DNA of 64,000 nt from an uncultured Terricaulis sp. (GTDB lineage: Bacteria > Pseudomonadota > Alphaproteobacteria > Caulobacterales > Aquidulcibacteraceae). The first letter of the stretch is position 1. Every line of letters starts with the position of its first letter. Below the pieces are notes generated by a model. That model did no database searches. It had not been told where the DNA came from and was given only the letters and a program-made list of their open reading frames with translations. The position numbers and the translations under genes are program-made. Positions 47,729-56,874 of the stretch are shown here, one piece after another. The stretch covers positions 133,267 to 197,266 of the forward strand of contig CAYZIJ010000001.1 in the NCBI GenBank assembly GCA_964478365.1. Reading direction: 5' to 3'.

Positions 47729-49189
47729 TCACTGCTGAGCTTCCAACACATCACGCGCCACATCCTGATCCGAGAACGGATGCGTGACGCCTTTGATGAT
47801 TTGTCCCGTTTCGTGACCTTTGCCCGCGATCAGCACCGCATCGCCGGGCTTCATCATCGCAATCGCTTCGCGGATTGCTTGCGCGCGATCACCGATCTCG
47901 GTCGCGCCCGGCGTCGCCGCCAAGATTTGCGCGCGGATCGCGGCAGGTTCTTCGCTGCGCGGGTTATCATCGGTGACGATCACAATGTCCGCGTGACGCT
48001 GCGCGATAGCGCCCATCTTCGGGCGCTTATCAGTATCGCGATCACCGCCGCAGCCGAACACAGCGATGATCCGCCCCGGCGCATGCGGACGCGCCGCGCG
48101 CAGCAAAACGTCGAGACCATCCGGCGTGTGCGCATAGTCCACAAACACGTGCCCGCCACTCGCGCTCTGCCCAATGTGCTCCATGCGGCCTTTGACCGGC
48201 TTCAGCGCCGCCATGCCGGCAAACACCGCGTCCGGAGCATCGCCAAGCGCGAGTGCGAGCGCTGCAGACGTCACCGCATTGATCGCCTGAAACTCACCGA
48301 TCAGCGGCAGCTCGACTTTATGTTCTTTGCCGGCCCAACGCAGGATCATCGTCTGCGCGTTCGGACGCGGCAGGATTTCGATGATTTTCAAACCGTCCGC
48401 ATCCGCGCGCCAACCGGCAGTGACCACCTTCAACGGCTCGGCATCAATGCCGCGCATGGCGCGCATCTCAAACACTGGCGCTTGCGGCGAATCCGCATTG
48501 ATCACCGCGATGCCCGGACGCTTGACGTAATCCCAAAGCTTCAGCTTCGCGTCGCGATAAGCCTCCATCGACTTGTGATAGTCGAGGTGATCTTGCGTCA
48601 GGTTCGTGAACGCGCCGGCGTCGAAGCCAAGGCCTGCAACACGGCCTTGCTCAAGTCCGTGGCTCGAGACTTCCATCGCCGCATGCGTGACGCCGCCATC
48701 GGCGAGCAGCGCAAGCGTGCTGTGCAGCGCGACGGGATCGGCCGTCGTGTGGCCGAGATCGATGACGCCGCCATCCCAGATCGCGCCGAGCGTGCCGAGG
48801 CTCGCGGCGCGCTTGCCGCCATGCGCCCAAATCTGGCGAAGGAAATCGACGGTTGAGCTTTTGCCGTTGGTGCCGGTGACACCCACCAAAACATGTGGGC
48901 GCTGCTTCCTATAGAAAGCCGCCGCCGCATACGCGAACTCAGCGCGCGCATCATCGACGATAACGTGCGGCAACTCCGGATCTTCTTCGAGATCGCCCAC
49001 GCTCATGACCGCGACCGCGCCATTCGCTTTTGCTTGCGCAACGAAATCGCGCCCGTGCGCGGCGACGCCTTGGATCGCGGCGAACAGGAAGCCGGGTTTT
49101 ACTTTGCGGGAGTCGGCGGTGAGGCCGGCAATCTCTAAGTCCTCGGCGTCAGCCGGGACGCCGTCAAAAAACAGATCGCCGAGTCTCAT
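47729..49189 (-). CDS. murE: UDP-MurNAc-dipeptide--DAP ligase
   Basis: GVTGTNGKSS, MEVSSH, FTNLTQDHLDYH, VDYAHTPD, DNPR, AGKGHE. Confidence 0.98.
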   Translation of the reverse strand: MRLGDLFFDGVPADAEDLEIAGLTADSRKVKPGFLFAAIQGVAAHGRDFVAQAKANGAVAVMSVGDLEEDPELPHVIVDDARAEFAYAAAAFYRKQRPHVLVGVTGTNGKSSTVDFLRQIWAHGGKRAASLGTLGAIWDGGVIDLGHTTADPVALHSTLALLADGGVTHAAMEVSSHGLEQGRVAGLGFDAGAFTNLTQDHLDYHKSMEAYRDAKLKLWDYVKRPGIAVINADSPQAPVFEMRAMRGIDAEPLKVVTAGWRADADGLKIIEILPRPNAQTMILRWAGKEHKVELPLIGEFQAINAVTSAALALALGDAPDAVFAGMAALKPVKGRMEHIGQSASGGHVFVDYAHTPDGLDVLLRAARPHAPGRIIAVFGCGGDRDTDKRPKMGAIAQRHADIVIVTDDNPRSEEPAAIRAQILAATPGATEIGDRAQAIREAIAMMKPGDAVLIAGKGHETGQIIKGVTHPFSDQDVARDVLEAQQ

Positions 49190-49198
49190 GCCCTCTCC

Positions 49199-50827
49199 CT
49201 AGCGCGTCGGAGAAGAAGGCTCCACTCGCAAACCGAGCATGGGGGCTATCCGCCGGAGCGTGCGCGCCACGACGGGCGCTGCTGTTGCTCCGCCGACAGC
49301 GCCCTCGCCAACGCCGTCCAACGACACGACGATCACATAACGTGGGTCGTGCGCCGGAAATACGCCTGCGAAAGAGGAAAAATTGCGGCTTTCGTCATAG
49401 CCGGTCGTGTTTTCGAAAACTTCCGCCGTCCCGGTTTTGCCGGCGACCGCAAGCCCGGGAACATCCGCCGCCCGGCCGGTGCCGCTCGTGACGGTTGCGC
49501 GCATATAAGCGAGCACCTGACGCGTCACTCCGGGCGAGAACACCGTGCTACGCTCGATTTCCACATCCGGTCCGCGCGCCAACAAAGTCGGCGCAACGCG
49601 CGCGCCCTGGTTTGTGAACACTGTATAGGCGCCAGCGAGCGAAGCGGGCGTCGTCGCAAGGCCATAGCCAAAGCCCAAGCCTGCAACGTCACGGCGACTA
49701 CGCGCGCCCGGGTAGATCGGCTCCTGCCGGCGCGCCAACTCCAAAGAGGGCGCCGACATGAGGCCCAAGCGCTCAAGATACGAACGCTGACGCGCGCCGC
49801 CGAGACGCAAAGCCAAGCGCGCCGCGCCGATGTTTGACGAGTGCGCGATGATCTCGCGCAAGCCGGCAAGCCCCGGCGCCGGTTCGTGATCCTCGATCAC
49901 CGAACCATCGACATCGAACGCCTGATTGAGATCGAACAGTTCGCCGGAATTGGTCAGCTCTTCCTGCAACGCCATCGCGACAGTGAACGGCTTCACCGTC
50001 GAGCCAAGCTCGTGCACGTCGCCGGCGATGCGATCGGTGCGCGCGGCTTCACTCGCTTGCCCCGCCGCGTTGGCGTTGTAAGTCGGCCAGGACGCCAGCG
50101 CGTAAACTTCGCCGGTGCGCCCATCGAGCAGAATAGCGGACGCGGCCGATGCACTCGACGCACGCGCCGCCGTCGCGAGTTCAGTTTCCAGTGCATATTG
50201 AATACGCACATCAAGCGAGAGCCGCACCGAACGGCCCTCTGACGCGGCTGCGCGGATCTGATCGTTCAGCCCAAGCTCAATCCCCGCCAACGGAACGAGA
50301 TCAACATCGGTGAAGCCCAAGGTATGCGCCGCAAGTTCATCGTGCGGATAGACGCGGCGATCTTCGCGCTCAAAGCCAATGCCGCCGAGTCCGAGCGCCA
50401 AAACTTGTTCGCGCTGCTCGGGCGAGAGAGAGCGGCGCAGATAGATGAGCTGACGCGATGTATCGGTGAGGCGGCGCACGAGCGTCGCACGATCAAGATC
50501 CGGAAACACGCCGCGCAACACGTCAGCCGTTTCATTCGCATCCCACACCCGGTGCGGCTCGGCCGTCAGCGCAAAGGAGCGCACGGTGGTAGCGAGCAGT
50601 TCGCCATTGCGATCGACGATGTCGGCGCGCTCGATGCCGCCAACCGCAGCAGCGCCGCGCGGATCGGCGAGCGGATCGCCGGAGAACGCCAGCTGAATCG
50701 CGCGCCCGCTCAACAGCAACAGCACAGCGAAAATGCCGATCGCCAGCATACGCACGCGATTGCGCGCCGGCGCCGCTTCGCCCGCGACCGGCTCTTTCGC
50801 GATAGATGTAAAATCGAACGCCTTCAC
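49199..50827 (-). CDS. ftsI: Penicillin-binding protein 3 (septal transpeptidase)
   Basis: RADIVDRNG, SxxK (STVK), SxN (SSN), KTG. dcw position. Confidence 0.93.
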   Translation of the reverse strand: MKAFDFTSIAKEPVAGEAAPARNRVRMLAIGIFAVLLLLSGRAIQLAFSGDPLADPRGAAAVGGIERADIVDRNGELLATTVRSFALTAEPHRVWDANETADVLRGVFPDLDRATLVRRLTDTSRQLIYLRRSLSPEQREQVLALGLGGIGFEREDRRVYPHDELAAHTLGFTDVDLVPLAGIELGLNDQIRAAASEGRSVRLSLDVRIQYALETELATAARASSASAASAILLDGRTGEVYALASWPTYNANAAGQASEAARTDRIAGDVHELGSTVKPFTVAMALQEELTNSGELFDLNQAFDVDGSVIEDHEPAPGLAGLREIIAHSSNIGAARLALRLGGARQRSYLERLGLMSAPSLELARRQEPIYPGARSRRDVAGLGFGYGLATTPASLAGAYTVFTNQGARVAPTLLARGPDVEIERSTVFSPGVTRQVLAYMRATVTSGTGRAADVPGLAVAGKTGTAEVFENTTGYDESRNFSSFAGVFPAHDPRYVIVVSLDGVGEGAVGGATAAPVVARTLRRIAPMLGLRVEPSSPTR

Positions 50828-51147
50828 TCGGACGGCGACCGCTGCTTCGGCGCAGGCAGACGCGCAGCGATCTCCGCCTCAGGCAAAGCTGCGCTCTCGC
50901 TGCCAGTCACCGAGCCCAAGCGATCCTGCGACAAGCGTTCAATGCGTTCCGGGCTCTCAAGCTCCGCGATCTCAGCCCGCAAAGCGCGCATGTCGGCCTC
51001 GCCTTCTGCGATGTCATTTTGCAGCGCGCGCACATGCGCTTCAGTCGCCGCCGCATCGGTCTTGGCTTTGTACAAGCCAACCGCGAGCGCGATGATCAGC
51101 ACCAGTGCAAGAATGTGCAGCGTGCGCCTTAGTTGAGCTTTCGCCAT
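50824..51147 (-). CDS. ftsL: Cell division protein FtsL
   Basis: TM plus coiled coil, LESPERIERL. Lies between rsmH and ftsI. Confidence 0.85.
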   Translation of the reverse strand: MAKAQLRRTLHILALVLIIALAVGLYKAKTDAAATEAHVRALQNDIAEGEADMRALRAEIAELESPERIERLSQDRLGSVTGSESAALPEAEIAARLPAPKQRSPSE

Positions 51148-52115
51148 TCGGCCTCCGCTTTAGGCGCGAGCGACGGCGCTTCGAGATCATCCCACGCCGG
51201 CGCATCCGTTCGCACTGCCCAGCGCAAGCTGGCCGAGCGGGAACGCGGATTGACCAATGTTTCGTCGTCACCCGGCGCAGTGGCGCGGCGGCGCTCCAAC
51301 GTAAAGCTAGGCGCGCGCTCCGGCGGCAGGTCCGGCATGAAACGCGAGCCACGTCCCTGCGCATCGGCGCGCGCCGTGATAAACTGTTTGACCATGCGGT
51401 CTTCCAGCGAGTGGAACGACACCACGACCAAGCGCCCACCCGGCTTCAACGCGCGCTCAGCAGCAGACAAGCCACGCGCCAACTCGCCCAGCTCGTCATT
51501 CACCAGCAAACGCAACGCTTGAAACGTCTTCGTAGCCGGATGCGTCCGCGCGCCTCTGCGGCCGCCGACGGAATCCTCGACCAGTTTCGCAAAGTGCAAC
51601 GTCCGCGTGATCGGCGCCGCCGCGCGCGCTTGCACGATAGCGCGCGCGATGCGGCGGCTCTCATCGTCTTCGCCATAGCGATAGATCAAGTCAGCGAGCG
51701 CGGTTTCGCTGAGCCGGTTCACGGCGTCGGCGGCGCTCAGGCCTTCCATCTCCATGCGCATGTCCAAATCCCCGTCCGCCTGGAACGAGAAGCCGCGATG
51801 GCCCTCGTCGAGTTGGAAGGACGACACGCCCAGATCGAACACGACGCCATCCACAAGTTCCGGAGCGGCTAGATCGCCAAACCGGCCTTGCTGAAGCATG
51901 AATTTACCTTTCGCTGACTCCGAAAGCTCAGCGCCGCGCGCGATCGCGTCAGGATCGCGATCAAAAGCAATGACTTGGCAGTCCGCCCGGCCGAGCATCT
52001 CGCGCGAATAGCCGCCACCACCGAAGGTCGCGTCGATATAGGTGCCGCCCGGTTTGAGGGCGAGCGCGTCCATCGCTTCTGCGAGGAGTACCGGGGCGTG
52101 CCCTGAATTGCTCAT
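51129..52115 (-). CDS. rsmH: 16S rRNA m4C1402 methyltransferase
   Basis: HAPVLL, DATFGGGGYS, DLGVSSFQLD, FQALRLLVNDE, SFHSLEDR, NPRSRSA. Confidence 0.99.
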   Translation of the reverse strand: MSNSGHAPVLLAEAMDALALKPGGTYIDATFGGGGYSREMLGRADCQVIAFDRDPDAIARGAELSESAKGKFMLQQGRFGDLAAPELVDGVVFDLGVSSFQLDEGHRGFSFQADGDLDMRMEMEGLSAADAVNRLSETALADLIYRYGEDDESRRIARAIVQARAAAPITRTLHFAKLVEDSVGGRRGARTHPATKTFQALRLLVNDELGELARGLSAAERALKPGGRLVVVSFHSLEDRMVKQFITARADAQGRGSRFMPDLPPERAPSFTLERRRATAPGDDETLVNPRSRSASLRWAVRTDAPAWDDLEAPSLAPKAEAEWRKLN

Positions 52116-52184
52116 TTCGGCCGATGTTACAGCGAGTCCGCCGCCCCGTTCTGCAAAGAATCAGATAATCGTCCCGCCTAAGGA

Positions 52185-52931
52185 ATGATGGGGCGAGGCA
52201 TGGCAAGCGACGGCACAGGGTTCGGCATGGGAACGGGCGCAAGCCAACCGGCGGCGATCGTCATCCAAACCGGCCGCGCCAAGGCGGCCAGGCCTGAGGA
52301 AATCTACCAAGCCTGGCTGCAACTCGCCGAAGCGCGCATCCCGGCCGAGCAAGTGCTGCTCAATGGCTATGCGCTCGCCGCCGCCGATCAAGCGACACCC
52401 GGCGAAGCGCAGCTCGCGCAAGTGCTCGCCTTCTTCGACGGCCTCGCCGCGCAACTCTTCACCCGCCAGACCGATGTCGGCGAAGTTTCCAACTACATTG
52501 CCGGCGACGCCCGCCACTGGCGAGGCTTACTCCGCGGCTTCCGCCAACGCAGCGCGGCCGCCAAGGAAACGCCGCGCTATGCCGAACTCACGCGCGCGCT
52601 CGCCGCGACCGAGTTTCTCGCCAGCGATCCAATCACCGACGAAGAGCGCGCTGCCTTCTCGCTCGACAACATCCGCGCCGAAGTCAGCGCCGACGCCAAG
52701 AGCCTCGAAATCGTCGCCGACCTCCGCTGCCGCTCGCCATCGATGCGCGCCGTCCCAAACATCGCCATCTGTCTGCGCGACGAGAACGGCGACATCTGCG
52801 GCGAAGCCGTGTTCGCGCCGCCCGTCGCAGAACTCCAAGGCCAACGCACCGAAGGCTTCACCGCGACGCTCGAAACGTCGCGCGAGATCACGGATGTGGA
52901 AGTAAGCCTGACGCGGCGCGCGGTGGGCTGA
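52185..52931 (+). CDS. Hypothetical two-domain protein with C-terminal FxLYD/DUF3426-like beta domain
   Basis: Helical N-half. C-half LEIVADLRCRS...ICLRDENGDICGE...FTATL. Divergent from rsmH. Confidence 0.65.
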   Translation: MMGRGMASDGTGFGMGTGASQPAAIVIQTGRAKAARPEEIYQAWLQLAEARIPAEQVLLNGYALAAADQATPGEAQLAQVLAFFDGLAAQLFTRQTDVGEVSNYIAGDARHWRGLLRGFRQRSAAAKETPRYAELTRALAATEFLASDPITDEERAAFSLDNIRAEVSADAKSLEIVADLRCRSPSMRAVPNIAICLRDENGDICGEAVFAPPVAELQGQRTEGFTATLETSREITDVEVSLTRRAVG

Positions 52932-52986
52932 AGCGAGCGCGCGCCCTTGGCAAAATCGGACACCCCGCTTGGATGCTGACAGGTTA

Positions 52987-53046
52987 GCGTCCCTTCTCCT
53001 GGTTAAGGAGAAGGTGGCCGCGCAGCGGCCGGATGAGGTTTACCGG
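52987..53046 (+). repeat. Left arm of ~60 bp inverted repeat (CCCTTCTCC...GGAGAAGG REP type)
   Basis: GCGTCCCTTCTCCTGGTTAAGGAGAAGGTGGCC...GGCCGGATGAGGTTT, near-identical to the reverse complement of 54362..54420. Confidence 0.9.
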
Positions 53047-53117
53047 AGCACGCCGAATTAGCGCGCAGGCTTGACGGTCGTGGTCTGCTTTTCGCCGATT
53101 GCGGACGCTCGTCCGCC

Positions 53118-53294
53118 TTAGCGGGATTCATCCTTGGCCACGGCTATCGTGTGCAGGATGTAGCAGACAGGCGGAACGAGGATCAGCCATTCGATTGGCC
53201 GAACGTCCACGAAAGCTTGGCCGATTGCGAGGATCAGCCAGAGCGCAAACATCACCGCGCTCCAAAGCAAAAAGACGGGAAACAGTCTGCGCAT
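53118..53294 (-). CDS. 58-aa two-TM membrane protein
   Basis: Translated by hand: MRRLFPVFLLWSAVMFALWLILAIGQAFVDVRPIEWLILVPPVCYILHTIAVAKDESR. Below the track cutoff. Confidence 0.55.
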   Translation of the reverse strand: MRRLFPVFLLWSAVMFALWLILAIGQAFVDVRPIEWLILVPPVCYILHTIAVAKDESR

Positions 53295-53464
53295 AAGCCC
53301 CTGATCTCACGCGACCCGAATGCCCGCAACGGGCCAACGTGGCCGTTGCGCGAAATTTCGCGACTGACTTGGTCGCTCCAAAGCTGCCGACGACACCCTG
53401 CCCGTCCCAACGGCTCACGTTCGCCGAGAGCAGACGTTCTCCGGTGAGTATGCGAGCATGTTCT

Positions 53465-53773
53465 ATGAGCTACATAATCACCTTCGATATCGAGCCTGAT
53501 CGCCGGCTCGGTCTGGTTGATGCGATCAAGGCGACTGGGGAATGGGGCGAGGTAACGCCTACTTCCTACTTGGTCGCGTCGCAGCAAACGGTTCGCTCCA
53601 TCATTGAGACGTTGCAGCCGATGCTGGGACCGCAAGACTCTCTGGCTGTGATGACCGTGTCGGCACCCTGGGCCGCGTATTGCGATCCGAACGTCGAGAC
53701 GCTCGCCGTATCGCTGCTGGGAAAAGATGAGACCTGGATACCCAAGGACTGGAACGGCACAGATCGTTCCTAA
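53465..53773 (+). CDS. Stand-alone Cas2/VapD-like ferredoxin-fold protein
   Basis: MSYIITFDI...LVDAIKATGEW...SYLVAS..TVRSIIETLQPMLGPQDSLAV matches the YxIxYDL...AIKxxGxW...DxLxV pattern. Confidence 0.6.
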   Translation: MSYIITFDIEPDRRLGLVDAIKATGEWGEVTPTSYLVASQQTVRSIIETLQPMLGPQDSLAVMTVSAPWAAYCDPNVETLAVSLLGKDETWIPKDWNGTDRS

Positions 53774-53889
53774 AGTCCGCTTTGGGCCAACGTGCGCCAT
53801 CGCGTACAAAATCACGAATGGCCTAGTCGCTCAAAACGTGACGCTTGCTTCAGCAGCCGGGGAGCGGCCTATTCTCGCCGTTTGCGGAC

Positions 53890-54264
53890 TCAATTGACAA
53901 TCAAGTGCACGCGGCCTGGGTAGCGCAGACTATCCACGCCGATCTGGACTTTCGCGGTCGTGCCCAGCCCGGGCAAGCGCAGTATTTCCTCTGTTGAACT
54001 CTGAGTGACCACAAGAGCGCCGCTCGGAGTCGGAAGACTTCCAACGAACGCCAGAACACCCTGAAGGTTTGGCCCACGGTCGAGAATTATTTCAACTTCA
54101 CCATCAACATCAGCAATTGTGCCGACCGCGAGCACTTTGTCCGTTCGCCACACTAGGGGCGGCTCCCGCGCTTCAAGTTGGGGGATGTCCTCAGGCGCAA
54201 AGTCTCCATTCGCATCGTGCACGAAGAAGGCGGGATGATCGAGGTAGCGGCGGGTCTCTGGCAA
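53890..54264 (-). CDS. Hypothetical beta-rich protein (immunity-protein-like)
   Basis: 124 aa, AVGTIADVDGEVEI, FVGSLPTPSGALVV, KVQIGVDSLRYPGRV. Codon usage differs from flanking genes. Confidence 0.6.
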   Translation of the reverse strand: MPETRRYLDHPAFFVHDANGDFAPEDIPQLEAREPPLVWRTDKVLAVGTIADVDGEVEIILDRGPNLQGVLAFVGSLPTPSGALVVTQSSTEEILRLPGLGTTAKVQIGVDSLRYPGRVHLIVN

Positions 54265-54361
54265 TCGGCGCTCTCCTACTTGTGCAGACTAGCACCAATC
54301 ATCTCGAACAAGAGAACGTCCGCTTTGGGCCAGAAACAGACAATGCGACTATCGCCAGGCA

Positions 54362-54420
54362 CCGGGAAACCTCATCCGGCCCTTTCGGGCCACCTTCTCC
54401 TTAACCAGGAGAAGGGACGC
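54362..54420 (-). repeat. Right arm of ~60 bp inverted repeat
   Basis: CCGGGAAACCTCATCCGGCCCTTTCGGGCCACCTTCTCCTTAACCAGGAGAAGGGACGC. Confidence 0.9.
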
Positions 54421-54537
54421 GATTTCCGCTCCCGGCGAAAAGCGGACTCTATTCCGAGCGTAGATTGTCCAGCAGTCGCGCTCGTTCGCATCGGATTCGC
54501 AGGATTTTCATGCGTCACGCCGATAGGCGTGTGCTCG

Positions 54538-54720
54538 CTAAAACGCGGATAGATCAAAACTTATCCTACACCGCGAAACCCGGCGCATACTCCGCCTCGT
54601 CCGCATCATCGAAGGGGCGTTGGTCCAACCCAATGTGAAGCGGGACGTGATGAGTGAGATGAGGCGGCGGGGATTGAAACCGTCGCGGTCCGGGGACCGG
54701 TGTTGGTCTGGCCCGCTCAC
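54538..54720 (-). CDS. Possible 60-aa Arg-rich peptide or structured RNA
   Basis: MSGPDQHRSPDRDGFNPRR...PSMMRTRRSMRRVSR, downstream of a TTGACG -35-like site. Coding status uncertain. Confidence 0.3.
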   Translation of the reverse strand: MSGPDQHRSPDRDGFNPRRLISLITSRFTLGWTNAPSMMRTRRSMRRVSRCRISFDLSAF

Positions 54721-54900
54721 CGTTGGCGCACAGGGCCCGGAGTGAACAGCTCCTCATCTCTTGCGCTGACGTCAAGATCGCGGAGACGCTGAGCGAAACG
54801 CGCAGTTCTCACATTTTATTCCTGGCGCCTTAGCGCGTCAGCTCAGCGTCTCGCCCTTCGGCCGCGGTTCAATACGAAGCGCGACGTTGCAAACACGCGC

Positions 54901-55470
54901 CTAGAGCGCGCTGCTAAACACAATTGGCCAGGCGATGGTGAGCACGAACAACGCAATACCCGCCACCCACTGCGCCCAACGCGCAGAAATAGAGATCGCG
55001 AGCAAACACACGAGCAAGTACGGCACGTTGCCGAGCCCCTGCTGCCAAGCCAGCTCGGGCGTTGGCGTATTCAGATAAACAAGGCTCATCGCCATGAACA
55101 CCAGAACGAGCAAGGCGTAGACGCCATAGAACAGCCGAAAATTCTTCGCGTAAAAATCCTGCATGTCGACCGGGCCGTCAGATGGCGCATCGAGCGAAAC
55201 TGCGGCGCACATCAAGAAAAGCAGCACCGACGAGATGAAGAAAAGCGTGACCGTGTAGAGGTCCCATTCTGCCACACCGCGATAATCCCACATCGCCAGC
55301 CAGTCGATATAGACTTGCGTGATCGCATTCACGATGGCGAGCGTCAGCAGACCGGAATAGCGCACGCGGTCGCGCGCCAACAGCAATCCGCCAACGCGCG
55401 ACAGCAAATGTCCAAGCGCAAGCGCATAGACAAACGACAGCAACACCAAAACGAAATCGAAACTGCCCAT
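54901..55470 (-). CDS. Hypothetical multi-pass membrane protein
   Basis: MGSFDFVLVLLSFVYALALGHLL, about six TM segments. Directly downstream of rnpB. Confidence 0.8.
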   Translation of the reverse strand: MGSFDFVLVLLSFVYALALGHLLSRVGGLLLARDRVRYSGLLTLAIVNAITQVYIDWLAMWDYRGVAEWDLYTVTLFFISSVLLFLMCAAVSLDAPSDGPVDMQDFYAKNFRLFYGVYALLVLVFMAMSLVYLNTPTPELAWQQGLGNVPYLLVCLLAISISARWAQWVAGIALFVLTIAWPIVFSSAL

Positions 55471-55518
55471 CGCCCGCCCCGCCTGCGAGGGCGGTTATCG
55501 AGCGCATGAAGAAAAAAT

Positions 55519-55916
55519 GCCAGTCGGCCTGTAAGCCGGGTTCTGTACCTCTTGCGAGGTGACGACCATTCCTCTGGACCGCACATTGCTGCGCGGTTCT
55601 CGCGACCAACCCGGATGCACGCTCACGGACGAGCTGTACCCCGGATCAAGTCCGGGGCCATTGCATCCCTATTCGGTCTTGCTCCCGGCGGGGCTTGCCG
55701 TGCCACCTTCCTTACGGTCGGCGCGGTGGGCTCTTACCCCACCGTTTCAGCCTTGCCTGTGCTCACTTGCGCGAGCCATCGGCGGTTTGTTCTCTGTGGC
55801 GCTATCCCTAAGATTTCTCTCGGCGGGCGTTACCCGCCGCCGTATCCGCGTGGAGCCCGGACTTTCCTCGAACGCACCGTTTCCAGTTTGCGCCCGCGGC
55901 CGTCCAGCCGACTGGC
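55519..55916 (-). ncRNA. rnpB: RNase P RNA (type A)
   Basis: GCCAGTCGGCTGGACGGCCGC...GAGGAAAGTCCGGGCTC...ACAGAACCCGGCTTACAGGCCGACTGGC. Confidence 0.99.
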
Positions 55917-56065
55917 GTGGCGGGTATAGCGAGATGACGCGCGCTCCGCCAGCTGACACAAGTCTGGACCGCCGGCGCCCTCGCCGGCAGGGCGCGTCTG
56001 CTACCGAGATGAGCCGGCGCTTGTTGAATCGAGCGCGTGCCGGCGAGGGCGCCGGCGGTCCAGAC

Positions 56066-56839
56066 TCAATTCAACGCCCGAGCCACAGCGACGAGCAGAC
56101 GGCGCGTCTCCTCGTCGGCCGCGCCACTAATGTCGCTGGGACGAAAGCGGCGTTGGAAGGCGACGAGGGCTGCGTGCGTTGCGTTGTCCATCGCGCCGGT
56201 TTGTTTGACGTCGTAGCCGATCGCGCCGAGTTGGGTTTGGATGTCGGAAGCAATATCGTCGTTGTCGATATTGACGGGCACGGGGCTCGGCCACACCGAG
56301 ACGCCGGCGCTTGCAAGGCGCTGCCACGGAAACTTCTCGCCCGGATCCGCTTTGCGTTCGGGCGCGATATCGGAATGGCCGACGACGCGCTTGGCGTTCA
56401 GTTGCGGCCAGCGTTCGAAGATATCCTTCAGCAATCTGATGACAGCGTCGATTTGCGCGTCGGTGAAATCCGGCAGTCCAAAATCGTGTCCGCCATTGGC
56501 GATCTCGATACCGATCGCGCGGGCGTTGAGATCGCCCTCGCCCTCCCAGCTGCCAACACCTGCATGCCAAGCGCGATGCTCTTCCGGCACCAAGCTATGA
56601 ACGCCGCCCGCTTCGTCGACGACGTAATGCGCGGAGACGCGCGAAAGCGGCGCGTCAGCCAAAACGTCTGGGCTCTGCCAGGGACCGGGATAATTGCCGG
56701 CCAGCGGCGCGGGGTCCGTCAGCCGCGCCAGCGCGATCGCTGCGTCCTGCATGCCGGTATAATGCAGCACGACAAGATCGATCGGACGCGTGCGTGCGTC
56801 GAAATTGGGCGATGGGCGTTTGATGTAAGCGTCGGTCAC
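56066..56839 (-). CDS. N-acetylmuramoyl-L-alanine amidase (Amidase_2 plus PG-binding domain)
   Basis: SPNFDAR, VLHYTG, VSAHYVV, AWHAG, IGIEIAN, GHSDIAPERKADPGE. Confidence 0.96.
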   Translation of the reverse strand: MTDAYIKRPSPNFDARTRPIDLVVLHYTGMQDAAIALARLTDPAPLAGNYPGPWQSPDVLADAPLSRVSAHYVVDEAGGVHSLVPEEHRAWHAGVGSWEGEGDLNARAIGIEIANGGHDFGLPDFTDAQIDAVIRLLKDIFERWPQLNAKRVVGHSDIAPERKADPGEKFPWQRLASAGVSVWPSPVPVNIDNDDIASDIQTQLGAIGYDVKQTGAMDNATHAALVAFQRRFRPSDISGAADEETRRLLVAVARALN

Positions 56840-56874
56840 GCCGCTCTTATAGAGCGACTCTCTCCGGCCTGTCG

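Noticed and set aside
7284-48856. Many long Arg/Ala-rich ORFs antisense to thrS, serpin, phoD, CBS, murC, murD and murE
   Set aside because: Shadow frames expected at high GC. They have no motifs and fully overlap clear genes.
16354-54420. Possible CRISPR array, given the repeats and the Cas2-like gene
   Set aside because: The repeats are dispersed palindromes or heptamer tandems, not regularly spaced repeats with unique spacers. No cas1.
54565-54600. GAAACCCGGCGC resembling the alphaproteobacterial tmRNA 3' end
   Set aside because: No CCTCCACCA acceptor end, no GGGGC 5' piece and no ANDN tag frame.
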